This document shows positions 1 through 13,703 of a DNA stretch of 64,000 nucleotides, one piece after another; the first letter of the stretch is position 1, and each line of letters starts with the position of its first letter. The notes beneath the pieces were generated by a model. It made no database searches. It saw only the letters and a program-made list of their open reading frames with translations, and was not told the DNA's origin. The stretch spans positions 12,710,001 through 12,774,000 of the forward strand of contig OX597815.1 in NCBI GenBank assembly GCA_951406725.2, written 5' to 3'. A program made the position numbers and the translations under genes. The stretch is from Octopus vulgaris. Its lineage: Eukaryota.

Positions 1-160
1 ATGTTGATGTGTTTATGTCCCTGTAACTTAGCGCTTCGGCAAAATAGACCGATAGATTAAGTACTAGGCTTACAAAGAATAAGTCCTGGAGTCGATTTCA
101 ACTACTACAGGCGGCGCCCCAACACAGCCGCATTCAACTGGCAGAAACAAACAATAGAAA
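1..160 (+). mobile_element. SINE family A, 3' half (cut by window edge)
   Basis: Matches the 3' half of the full copy at 50953-51360 (gtaacttagcg..cggcaaaa..accgatag..taagtactaggcttacaaagaataagtcc..ggcgg.gc.cc). Confidence 0.85.
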
Positions 161-180
161 AAATATGTATATATATATAT

Positions 181-576
181 CTTTTACTCTTTTATTTGTT
201 TCAGTCATTTGACTGACGCCATCCTGGAGCACCCCCTTTAGTCGAGCAAATCGACCCCAGGACTTATTCTTTGTAAGCCTAGTACTTATTCTATCGGTCT
301 CTTTTGCCGAACCGCTAAGTTACTGAGGACATAAACACACTAGCATCGGTTGTCAAGCAATGCAAGGGAGACAAACACAGACACACACATATACATGCAT
401 ATATACATATATGCGACGAGCTTCTTTCAGTTTCCGTTTTCGAAATCCACTCACAAGGCTTTAGTCAGCCCGAGGCTATAGTAGAAGACACTTGCCCAAG
501 GTGCCACGCAGTGGGACTGAACCCGGAACTATGTGGCTGGTTAGCAAGCTACTTACCACACAGCCTCTCCTGCGCC
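181..576 (-). mobile_element. SINE family A, full length (tRNA-like head, CORE-like ccttgggcaagt segment, internal TA/TG repeat, hairpin tail)
   Basis: Reverse complement reads ggcgcagga..ggctgtgtggtaag..gttccgggttcagtccc (A/B-box-like)..ccttgggcaagtgtcttc..cagtcaaatgactgaaac..aaaagagtaaaag; many copies in the window. Confidence 0.9.
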
Positions 577-649
577 TATATATACAAATATAAATGGATA
601 CACATACGCATACACACACACACACTCATATACACACACATACACTCCC

Positions 650-1355
650 AAAAAATGGTGCGGTGATTAAAACTGTGGTCTTGATTACACAAAAATTAAA
701 AATAAATCTCACATATCTTTTTAACAGATATATTAACCAAAATTATGTAAACATATCTTGAAATACTAAAGATTGAATTTCTTCAATAACATCGCCATTG
801 GCTTCAACCACCGCCTCTAGATGACATCGGAATCTTTTGCAAATCTTCTAGAATGTCTCCTTGTGTCAGTTGGCGAATGCTGCCATAATCCTTGCCTTCG
901 GTTCATCTCTGGTTTTAGAAGAAGTTTTATTGGTCTCTCGCTCAACTGCGTTCCACACATAATAATGAAGTGTGTTTTCAGTCTGAGGAGTTAGCTAAAT
1001 TTTAGTGGTGATGTGGTCGCAGAAATTATCTGACAGCCATATCTGGGTTCTCCTGCTTTTGTGTCATAGTGCAGATTTCTATGACCTGACACAGGGTCTT
1101 CCAGCAACCACTCTCTTCACACAGAGCAGCTCTGCTTTCTCCTGGCTCATGATGTGGGCGTCCGTGTTAATTCTGAGGTCGTCTGGGAAGATGAATGGAG
1201 TCATAACATCGCCATCACTAGCGATCACTCTAAAACACCATGATGCCGACTGGCTCTTTGATTTTATCACTCTCAGCGCAATTTTTATCAGTTACGACGC
1301 GAACACCAAGCAGTACACAATGTCGTTTCCAAATTTCTGGCAGAGTGAAATGCGT
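650..1355 (-). mobile_element. Degenerate Tc1/mariner-superfamily (maT/DD37D-like) transposase C-terminal remnant
   Basis: Minus-strand translation with stops and frameshifts: [74 protein letters not shown]; typical catalytic-domain tail. Confidence 0.8.
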
Positions 1356-1357
1356 CA

Positions 1358-1524
1358 TATTTATATGTACATGCATGTATATATATATACATATATACAT
1401 ACATACATACACACACACACACATACACACACACACGCACACACATATATATATATATGTATATATATATATATGCATATATATATATACATGCATATAT
1501 ATACATGCATGTACATATAAATAT

Positions 1525-1608
<84 letters not shown>
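1358..1608. repeat. (TA)n/(CA)n/(TACA)n compound microsatellite
   Basis: Direct reading. Confidence 0.95.
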
Positions 1609-1612
<4 letters not shown>

Positions 1613-1700
1613 TCCTTATAAAGGAATATCTTAAAGAGACACTCATTATCGCTATGGGCTCCGTGTGAGCAATCATCTAAAAGTATTTTGATGTTGACTT

Positions 1701-1805
1701 AAGTTCCTTGATTTTCCTGATGAGAAAGCGGCATAATGTACTCCTTATTCCTTCGCAATTAGGAATATGCAGCTTTCGAAACGTATGTCGAAAATAAAGG
1801 AATTT
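1701..1805 (+). ncRNA. Type I hammerhead ribozyme, intact core
   Basis: Stem I AAGTTCCTTGATTTTC/GAAAATAAAGGAATTT; core CTGATGA 1717-1723; stem II GAAAGC-G-GCATA/TATGC-A-GCTTTC; GAAA 1778-1781; minimal stem III C-GTAT-G; GTC cleavage triplet 1787-1789. Confidence 0.85.
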
Positions 1806-1852
1806 TGTTAATTCGTCGTTCAGCTCCATTCTTTCCATATATTTATATTTTT

Positions 1853-1922
<70 letters not shown>

Positions 1923-2639
1923 GATCTGTGTATGTATCTATGCATGAGTATACACATATTAGCTCGCACGCGCAATGTCACTCTTGCTGGAATATTGCCG
2001 TGTATAATTCTATTTTCTTGCTCTTTTTTGTTGTTGTTTTTCTTATGATGATCTTTATAATGATGCTGATAATGATGATGATGCTATTGTTGTTGTTTTT
2101 TTGTTGTTGTGGTGGTGGAAGTAGTGGTCGTGGTCGTGATGGTGATGGTGGTGGTGCTGGCGGCGTTCATGGTGGTGTAGCGGCCCTAGCGGCAGTGGAG
2201 TTGATGCTGCTGCTGCTGTTGTTCAAATTGTTTCTATTGTAGGCTATGTTTTTAAATATTTCCGTTTATTGAGATGTTTATTTTGCCGCAAACATTAAAG
2301 AATCATGTATCGTTACTGCTACGTAATGTTTCATTTCGTTGCCCTTGTTGCGTAAATAATGCCAATATCAGTATGATTGCTGTGATTTCAAATTGTTTAT
2401 TACGGCTCATATACATGCACGTTGGCATTTCATTGTTTTCTCTTATTTACAAATCATTTTAGAATATCACCAGCTGATGCAGTTATGGCGAATAAAGGAA
2501 TTACTTATAATTGCTGCTGTTGTTTTTTCTATAGTTTTATGTGAACTACCCATCTGTATTGTATACTATTGTTTTCTTCTTACAAATATATTTGCGTCAT
2601 TTCTGAAGAGAATAGAGAATTTAATACGCGGCCGTTGTT

Positions 2640-3320
2640 ACTGAGCGATTATTGGTAGGATCGTACAATCATCGGACACTTGTCAACAAACGTTGTATTG
2701 TCACCTTACGTACTGAGTTCAATACAAATTGATGTGAACTCAGCCATTTATTATTTCAAGACTGTTTAAGAAAAACACACTCAAGAAATTCTGGGGGCGA
2801 TTTTATCGACGGAATGCTCCTTTCACATTAAATGCCGGATAAAATGCTTAGCAGCATTTCTTCCGGATCTTTCTGTTCTGACTTCTAATTCAACCGAGCA
2901 TGATTTTTGTGTTTCCTCATTTCGGCATCGATAAAATAAGTACCAGTTACACAGTTGATTCAATATAATCGAATTGCCAGTTCTTCAGATTTCTTGACCC
3001 TCTGCCATAATTAGGAAGAATTATTTCAAAGCTGATGAATAAAGACCCACCTATGTATTTGGGAACGACCTCATCGATAGACTCCCTCTTTCAAGTTTGA
3101 TATCGTGTGCAAACAAGAGCAGGCAAAATCATTGGAGCTTCGTAAAAATGCGTTCCTTTCCGGTCCTTTTTTGTTCCATTTTAAAATTCCACGTGGTCAA
3201 CTTTGCCTTCTATCTTCCTGGGAATGATTAAATATAGTTCTTTTATTTTATCGCTTCTTATGGTTTGACAACTCAAAATGGCTGGCTTTGTCTCTTAGTT
3301 CGAAACCGTTAATACTGCGA
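2640..3320 (+). mobile_element. Old degenerate SINE family B (Meta-domain-like) relics
   Basis: Decayed aaatgcttagc..tttcttccg..gttctga..tcatttcgg..tcgataaaataagtaccagtt and ggtcaactttgccttc segments. Confidence 0.55.
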
Positions 3321-3484
3321 AGTACGGAGATGGCAAATGCAATCATACACTTGTGGCTAACAATGAAAGCAAATTGTTATTATTGACGTTCTACTTGTTA
3401 CTGTCTTATTATATTTAAGCATGTTTCTAACTTTTTTATGAAACAAAATTTATTTTATGTATATGAGGCACCTGTGACCTAAAA

Positions 3485-3512
3485 TTATTTATTATTATTA
3501 TATTTATTATTA

Positions 3513-3567
<55 letters not shown>

Positions 3568-3630
3568 CATCTTCATCATCATAATCATTATTATTATTAT
3601 TATTATGGTTGTGTTATTATTATTATTGTT
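3485..3630. repeat. (TTA)n microsatellite
   Basis: Direct reading. Confidence 0.95.
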
Positions 3631-3662
3631 ATCACATTTAGATGCAGTGGAATATGCAGCTG

Positions 3663-3733
<71 letters not shown>

Positions 3734-3883
3734 CTGCTGCTGCTGCTACATGTTGTACATGATGAGTAGGACATACGATAGTAGTAGTAGCTGTAGTAGT
3801 AATAGTGGTAGTAGTTGTAGCAACAGTAGTAGTAGTAGTAATAGCAGTAGCAGTAGTAGCAGCAGCAGCAGCAGCAACAGTAC

Positions 3884-3884
<1 letters not shown>

Positions 3885-3921
<37 letters not shown>

Positions 3922-3960
3922 TTCACATCATCTTCATCATCAATGGCAGCAGCAGCAGCG

Positions 3961-3996
<36 letters not shown>

Positions 3997-4034
3997 GTAT
4001 TCACATCATCTTCATCATCAATGGCAGCAGCAGC

Positions 4035-4077
<43 letters not shown>

Positions 4078-4113
4078 TTCACATCATCTTCGTCATCAAT
4101 GGCAGCAGCAGCA

Positions 4114-4148
<35 letters not shown>

Positions 4149-4185
4149 CACATCATCTTCATCATCAATGGCAGCAGCAGCAGCA

Positions 4186-4230
<45 letters not shown>

Positions 4231-4269
4231 TTCACATCATCTTCATCATCAATGGCAGCAGCAGCAGCA

Positions 4270-4302
<33 letters not shown>

Positions 4303-4344
4303 GTATTCACATCATCTTCATCATCAATGGCAGCAGCAGCAGCA

Positions 4345-4377
<33 letters not shown>

Positions 4378-4419
4378 GTATTCACATCATCTTCATCATC
4401 AATGGCAGCAGCAGCAGCA

Positions 4420-4452
<33 letters not shown>

Positions 4453-4490
4453 GTATTCACATCATCTTCATCATCAATGGCAGCAGCAGC

Positions 4491-4536
<46 letters not shown>

Positions 4537-4575
4537 TTCACATCATCTTCATCATCAATGGCAGCAGCAGCAGCA

Positions 4576-4610
<35 letters not shown>

Positions 4611-4647
4611 CACATCATCTTCATCATCAATGGCAGAAGCAGCAGCA

Positions 4648-4686
<39 letters not shown>

Positions 4687-4746
4687 TTTGCATCATCATC
4701 ATCATCAATGGCAGCAGCAGCAGTGGTGGTAGTAGTAGTAGTAGTA
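3885..4746. repeat. Higher-order minisatellite: 11 units of TTCACATCATCTTCATCATCAATG-(GCA)4-5-(GTG)2-3-(GTA)n
   Basis: Near-invariant 24-bp core repeated 11 times with variable triplet runs; unit about 69-84 bp. Confidence 0.95.
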
Positions 4747-4914
4747 ATTTGGATTCATTTGCAAACACATAAAACACTTCACAGATTGTCATCAAACGTC
4801 TGTTTCTTTTCCTCTTCACTTTTTTCTCACCTTCATATATTCGTCTATATTGCATATTTATTGTGTTATTTCTTTTTTTTAATATTTTTAAATATTTCTG
4901 CGTAATCTCTCATT

Positions 4915-6200
<1,286 letters not shown>

Positions 6201-6680
6201 GTGTTGTCTGTGAGGATAAAGATAAGGAGGAATTTGGGTATAAAGATGATGATGATGACAGCGACGATAACTGTGACAACAACAACGAGGAGGGGGGAAC
6301 GGATGCTGTGGATGAAGAAAGGATGCGAGGGAGGTCGGGAAGTTATTAGATGAAAAAAATATGCTTCATATAATTATGCAATAAAAAAAAATTATAGACT
6401 TAGGAAAATAGCAACAGCAACAATTTAGAGCATTGCATCTCAAACTATCTGATGCTGAGTACCGACAGTTTTGGTTTCCAATGTGCCAGGGACCGGTAAT
6501 ATGTCTTAGTAATATCAATTTGTACCGGAAACAGTATACATAATGAATATCATAAAAGTTGACAATTTCTTTTGATCTTACATTTATTTTGTTAACAATA
6601 ATACAATATTACATAAGCATTTTATAAGCATTTTATGTTTCTTTCGCTTCTGGAAATTTGCCACGTACTGGCAAGGGATG

Positions 6681-7208
6681 TTTTTCCCACGAGAGTTCAG
6701 GACCCCAGTAATGAACTCATTTGCATGCAGCCAATTAGAGCTCATCTTGACCTTCTCAAGTTAACAAACATACTGCACCAAGTAAACTCAAAACGAAGAA
6801 CGGTGTTGTAAATCGACCAATCGCCAAGTTATGACTGATTTCAGGAGACATGTAATTAGATAAATTTGCATCCATACCTATTATCGGATTTTGTTTGGGC
6901 CCCATATGGTAAATATGTGGATGGGGAAAATGTGGCTAGAGGGTGATGCGCTAGCAACCCTCAACCCTTAGTGTTTTACAAAGTAAACAACAGCGTAAAT
7001 AATTACGCAGTGGTAGCCATGGCTAAAACAAGAACAAGAACAACAAGCATTCTTAAAAGAGAAAAGAAGCATGGTTATTCCTTACCCTAGAGACCTTATC
7101 TTATCGTCCACCATTTGTTATCCGCTCATAAATTAGTTTGATAGTTGATCTCTGATTGGCTGTATGCAAATGAGTTCATAATTGGGGTCAAGAACTCTCG
7201 TGGGAAAA
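6681..7208. mobile_element. MITE-like element with ~65-bp terminal inverted repeats
   Basis: ttttcccacgagagttcaggaccccagtaatgaactcatttgcatgcagccaattagag is the reverse complement, with a few mismatches, of ctctgattggctgtatgcaaatgagttcataattggggtcaagaactctcgtgggaaaa. Confidence 0.75.
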
Positions 7209-7685
7209 GAAAGAAAAATCGTTACTGGCACTGATGTAGAGTACTTTAAAAGGTTGCGTAGCACTGGCAGTAACTGGTATGCCCCGGTTTATTTAATCTC
7301 GGGTATTCTCTGAAAATAAGGAAAGACACATTTGATAATGTAGTCAAATATAAGAATTCACTGAGAGGATCGCGGCCAGAAAAGGCTACTCCATGACATT
7401 ATTCAACGAAGGCTGATTTAGGAATCAACAAAGGATACGCCATCATCATCATCATCATCATCATCAACAACGACAATAATATCATCATTCAGAATTCTCA
7501 TTATCATCAGCACTGCCAAAGATGTTGAAAAAGAAGGAAGAAGGAGGTGGAAGAAGAGAAGGTGGTGAACGAGGACAAGGAGGAAGGGAGGAAAAGAAGG
7601 GAGAAGAGGAGGGGGATAGAGGAGGGCAGAGAGAGGAGTTGCAAGTAGAAGAGGCGAAGAAGGACAAGGAAGAGATGGCGGTGGA

Positions 7686-8538
7686 GAAGAAGAAGAAGAA
7701 GAAGAAGAAGAAGAAGAAGAAGACGAAAAAGAAGAAGAAAAAGAAGCAGCAGAAGAACAACAACAAAAACAAGAGGAAAAAGAACAACAACAACAGCAAC
7801 AACAAAAGAAGAAGAAGAAAGAGAAGAAGAAGGAGATGAAGAAGAAGAAGAAGAAGAAGAAGAACGAGGAGAAGAAGAAGAAGAAGAAGAAGAAGAAGAA
7901 GAAGAAGAAGAAGAAGAAGAAGAAGAAGAAGAAGAAGCAGAAGAAGAAGAAGAAGAAGAAGAAGAAGAAGAAGAAGAAGAAGAAGAAGAAGAAGAAGAAG
8001 AAGAAGAAGCAGAAGAAGAAGAAGAAGAAGAAGAAGAAGAAGACGAAGAAGAAGAAGAAGAAGAAGAAGAAGCAGAAGAAGAAGAAGAAGAAGAAGAAGA
8101 AGACGAAGAAGAAGAAGAAGAAGAAGAAGAAGAAGACGAAAAAGAAGAAGAAAAAGAAGCAGCAGAAGAACAACAACAAAAACAAGAGGAAAAAGAACAA
8201 CAACAACAGCAACAACAAAAGAAGAAGAAGAAAGAGAAGAAGAAGAAGGAGATGAAGAAGAAGAAGAAGAAGAAGAAGAACGAGGAGAAGAAGAAGAAGA
8301 AGAACGAGGAGAAGAAGAAGAAGAAGAAGGAAAAGAAGAAGAAGAAGAAAAAGAAGAAGAAGAAGAGGCAGAAGAAGAAGAAGAAGAAGACGAAGAAGAA
8401 GAAGAAGAAGAAGAAGAAGAAGAAGAAGAAGAAGAAGAAGAAGAAGAAGAAGAAGAAGAAGAAGAAGAAGAAGAAGAAGAAGAAGAAGAAGAAGAAGAAG
8501 AAGAAGAAGAAGAAGAAGAAGAAGAAGAAGAAGAAGAA
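7686..8538. repeat. Long (GAA)n tract with an internal ~150-bp duplicated interrupted block
   Basis: Block gacgaaaaagaag..cagcagaagaacaacaacaaaaacaagagg..ggagatgaag..aacgaggag occurs at about 7722 and about 8135. Confidence 0.95.
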
Positions 8539-8645
8539 ATAAAATAGTATAGTGGTCCAAATGTATGCTCCTGGCTGCAGTTTTTTATTTACCTGTGATA
8601 CATCTCTACGAACAGAAGTTAGTGTGTGCCTGTGTGTGTGATTGT

Positions 8646-8690
<45 letters not shown>

Positions 8691-8984
8691 TGTGTACGAG
8701 TGTGTGTACATGTGCGTGCGTGAAATCCATCAATACTGAAGACAAACTACTTGCTGCAGCTTCTTCTGTCAGCTGAGGGTTGCTGTTGAATATGTTATCC
8801 AGGGATTTAATTTCGTAGTATTTACTGGCATTCAAGTGGATGTACTGCCCTAGTCTGTCTTATCTTATGAGATACGATTTTTCAGTGAGGAAGGGCGGCC
8901 AGAAACAACATGATCAAATGTCTCATTTAATTTTCCGCAAATTCTGCACAAGGGGATCAGATCAATGGAAGTTTCTGGTCGGTA

Positions 8985-9046
<62 letters not shown>

Positions 9047-9061
9047 ATTATTATTATTACT

Positions 9062-9432
9062 TTTTTTTTCTTCTTTCAAATTTTCTTCTATTTCTTGACG
9101 AGTGTCTTCCCGACTCCTAGGGCAAAGAAACTCATAGTATACATTGGTAGGCCATTAAACAAAACTCAATAGTTCGTTCATTTTTTTTTTTTTAAAGTTA
9201 AATTGAAATACATGAGCAGCAACAGTTCTCACATCGACAATGCTCTTCTCAATACGTGTGATGTACCAGTTAAGACAATCTTTTGCACTTCTTGCAGGGA
9301 TGGTAAGCCAGGGATCATTCTCATATAATTTTCGGTTCCCTTCTTGATCATTCCTAGTGCTCCTACGATCACTGGTAGTGTAACCGCCTTGAGATGCCAC
9401 ATTTTATCAATTTCAATGAGTAGGTCTTTATA
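9062..9432 (-). mobile_element. R4/Dong-like non-LTR retrotransposon 3' end (restriction-like endonuclease tail plus UTR) in (TAA)n
   Basis: YKDLLIEIDKMWHLKAVTLPVIVGALGMIKKGTENYMRMIPGLPSLQEVQKIVLTGTSHVLRRALS; (TAA)n on both sides. Confidence 0.8.
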
Positions 9433-9443
9433 TATTATTATTA

Positions 9444-9507
<64 letters not shown>

Positions 9508-9508
<1 letters not shown>

Positions 9509-9860
9509 GAGTGAGAGAGCGGTGCATGCCATCAAAGTGACGCTGGGGTAAAATATACGAAGCCCAGTATACCCATCATGACTACCCGCCTGATAAGGGT
9601 ACACCAGGCACATGCATCACAACCATATGTGCGCGATATGGTGATCTCATATCAAGATAAACAGCGCATGACCTTGCCATTAAGTGTCATGCTCAACTGG
9701 TTAAGGTCAAACAATTGACAAGCAAATCTGTGGTATTGAACAGAATATTTGCTGTAGACCATCTTTTATACCAAGACAATCAATATACATGATAACACTT
9801 CCAATAAGTTATGCTCAGAAGCAACGAGAGACACTGCCTGGTACTGCATCACGGCATGTT
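9508..9860 (-). mobile_element. (TAA)n-embedded repeat family, probable retroelement 3' region
   Basis: Near-identical copy at 36101-36385 and a diverged copy at 35504-35930; all end in (TAA)n on the minus strand. Confidence 0.75.
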
Positions 9861-9872
9861 ATTATATATTTT

Positions 9873-10293
<421 letters not shown>

Positions 10294-10510
10294 CGTTATT
10301 ACATCAGACGTTAACATTGCATATCATTAACATCATATTTGCACTTGATCTTTTTTTCTATTTCTGTTTGTACTATTGATATTTTGCCGGAGTTATCTTT
10401 GTTAGTAAGTTTAGTTGCACTTTATTTGGGTCATCAGATAATTTTTTGCATGTGTGTGCATATGATTGCACTTCTCTCTCTCTTTCTCTCTCTCCCTCTC
10501 TGTCTGTCTG

Positions 10511-10558
<48 letters not shown>

Positions 10559-10581
10559 TATATATATATATATATATATAT

Positions 10582-10870
10582 AGTTAAGGTTAAACAAAAC
10601 AAGAAAACACAAAAAAAACACAACAACGCGAGGACGTGGAACAGATATAGTATTATTGGTCGCTCAGGAAAGAAGGGAAGAAGGGGGGTTTAACGTTTCG
10701 GGCGAAGCTCTTCGTCGGTAACATAGGAGAAGGAAAAATCCCGAGAAGGGAAGACACAGGAAAAAAATCGCCAACGGTACACACGAGTTCACATTTTGAA
10801 AAAAAATATACATACATATCTTTCCTCCATTCTTTATACAGAAACACACATCTACACATGTATATGCATG

Positions 10871-10958
<88 letters not shown>

Positions 10959-11698
10959 TGTGTGTGTGTGTGAGTGTATGTGTAGTTAAGCCTATGTCCG
11001 GTCAGAAAGTGACCAATGGTTTCGCATCAACAAAGGGCTTTGTCGCATGGACGTCTCGTGTGGATTTGGTATTAAACGATGGAGTTGGTATTAAGCTTTA
11101 TTTTGTAAAACGATCTTTACGACGTGTCCTGCTAACGTGCTTTATGGATGGGACTGCAATCAACATGTTCTGTTGCATCCATTTTGCAATCTAGGTCACA
11201 TCACGTCCATCGATACATTAAGTGATTTCTCGTTAAAGATACTGAGATTAGCCTGTCCCGTCGTTAAATGCTCGTCTAGTAGGGATCTTTAGCGGGACAC
11301 CACTGTATGCATGGATGTACTTGGTGTGGCCCAGACTGCCAAAAAGAACGACATATTGAACGGTGTCCCATCCATAAGAGCCAGTAGCAGGATGGAGAGA
11401 AACGACCAATGTACAAAATAAAAATTAATACCAATCCCATCTGCTGGTTACTCAATCAATTATCATTACACACACACACACACGCACACACACACACATA
11501 TATATTTATGTGTACCGTTGACGACTTTTTTTCCTCTGTCTTCCCTTCTCGGGATCTTTCCTTCTCCTATGTTTCCGACGAAGAGCTCCACTCGAAACGT
11601 TATACCCTCCTTCTTTTCTTCTTTCCTGAGCGTCAAATAATACTATATTTGTTCCACGTCCTCGCCTTGTTGTGATTTTTGTGCTTTCTTGTTTGGAT

Positions 11699-11705
<7 letters not shown>
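10582..11705. repeat. ~1.1-kb imperfect fold-back flanked by (TA)n, with a hammerhead-like motif in each outer arm
   Basis: 10582-10785 is the reverse complement of about 11510-11705; inner arms also pair (gatggagttggtattaagctttattttgta / tacaaaataaaaattaataccaatcccatc; cctgcta..ttatggatgggac / gtcccatccataa..tagcagg). Confidence 0.85.
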
Positions 11706-11729
<24 letters not shown>

Positions 11730-12244
11730 GCATGTGTGCTTGTGTTTCAGTTTATAACTCACTACCACCTGACAAATGATATTCGTGTGCTTTCGTCACA
11801 ATAAATTAGCGGTTCGGCAAAAGTAATTGATAGAATAAGTACGAGGCGTCATGAAATATGTGATAATACAGGAGGCGATTTATTCTGCTCCATCTCTACT
11901 ATAATTCCTCAAGGCGGTTTAATAACTGAAACAAGTAATAAATATATACATTTTACTTGTTATATATGTATATCATTGAACTCCATGCTTTCGGGTTCAG
12001 ACCCACTTTGTGGCACCCTGGGTAAATCATTTCTACTTTAGCCTCGACCTAATCAAAGACTTGTACGTGGATTTCTGTCTTCCAAATCCATTCACACGTT
12101 TTCGATCGTTCGAGGCTATATAAAAAGACACCCATGGTGACCTCACAACTGGACTGAACACGAAAACTTGAGGTCGAGAAGCTAACTTCTTACCAGAGAG
12201 TCACTATTCACACATACATGCCACACACCATACACACGCTTATA

Positions 12245-12302
<58 letters not shown>

Positions 12303-12493
12303 TGTATGTATGTATGTATGAGTGTGTGTGTGTATGTATATATGTTTTGAGACGTACACATTCACAAACTTGTGCGTGTTAAATACATTCATATTTCTCA
12401 CAATCACTTTCCATGTTTTAATTTCCTTTTATTCCTGTTTATATAATCCTATAATACTTGTAGCCACTTTCAAACTCAACTCCGCCCCCCCCA

Positions 12494-12524
<31 letters not shown>

Positions 12525-12789
12525 CCTATCGCTCTTTCTTTCTTACTATTCTTATGAAAAACTATAAAGACAACGCCGATGATCTCCCGTTATGCAAGAA
12601 GGAATAACCAAATTTCTTTAAGACAACGCCATCCAGTAAAAGAAAGAAAAGGGTCGTAAGAAAGGGCAGGTTAGGTATGGAATGAAAAAAGAATAATATC
12701 AAAAAGCTTACATACATTTGAAGAATCTTTCACTATAGGACCATTCTGAGAGGACTGTTAGGAGGTTAAGGAGCTGGAGAAGAGGAAGG

Positions 12790-12972
12790 ATGAGAAGAAG
12801 AAGAAGAAGAAGAAGAAGAAGAAGAAGAAGAAGAAGAAGAAGAAGAAAAGGAGAAGAAGATGACGACGATGATGATGGTGACTGCTAGGAGGTTAAAAGA
12901 ACTGGAGAAGAGGAAGGAGGAGGAGGAGAAGAAGAAGAAGAAGAAGAAGAAGACGACGACGACGACGACGAC

Positions 12973-13034
<62 letters not shown>

Positions 13035-13044
13035 CGATGATGAC

Positions 13045-13080
<36 letters not shown>

Positions 13081-13170
13081 GATGATGAAGATGATGATGG
13101 TGGTGATGATGATGATGATAATGATGATGATGATGATGATGAAGATGATGATGACGATGATGATGATGTT
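12790..13170. repeat. (GAA)n/(GAT)n microsatellites
   Basis: Direct reading. Confidence 0.95.
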
Positions 13171-13551
13171 GAAGTTGAAAGAGAACAAAAGTAAATGATG
13201 AAAAGGGAAAAGCGAGCGAACGAACGGAAGGGACAACATAAGGAACGTTACAATATCTGTATCTGACTCTTTCCTTCTCCCGCCCCTCCTCCCTACCTCT
13301 CTCTATCTATCTATTTGTATATCTATATACACATGTATGCGTTTGTGTGTGTCTGTGTGTGTCTGTGTGTCTGTGTACAGGTGCTTTGTCTTAGTATGCG
13401 CGTGTGTGTATGTATGTATGTGCGCGCATGTGTGAACGAGTGTGCGTGATTCAGACGTGATTGGAGAATTCACCTGTAGTTATACAAAGTGCAACAACGC
13501 CTTGGGCAACAACTGGGAGCGCAACTCATGCACCTCTTCCTTGCAAGGGCA

Positions 13552-13589
<38 letters not shown>

Positions 13590-13703
13590 GTGTGAGTGTA
13601 TGTGTAGTTAACACCTTTTGGTATATCTTGAACTGCACGTTATGTATGTATGTACGTATGTACCTATGTATATTTGTATGTATTTATTTATGTGTGTGTG
13701 TGT

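Noticed and set aside
3885-4746. CRISPR-like look of a constant repeat with variable spacers
   Set aside because: Spacers are only triplet runs rather than unique sequences; eukaryotic context and no cas genes.
8715-8835. Minus-strand peptide NASKYYEIKSLDNIFNSNPQLTEEAAASS as a possible exon
   Set aside because: No recognisable family and no convincing splice sites.
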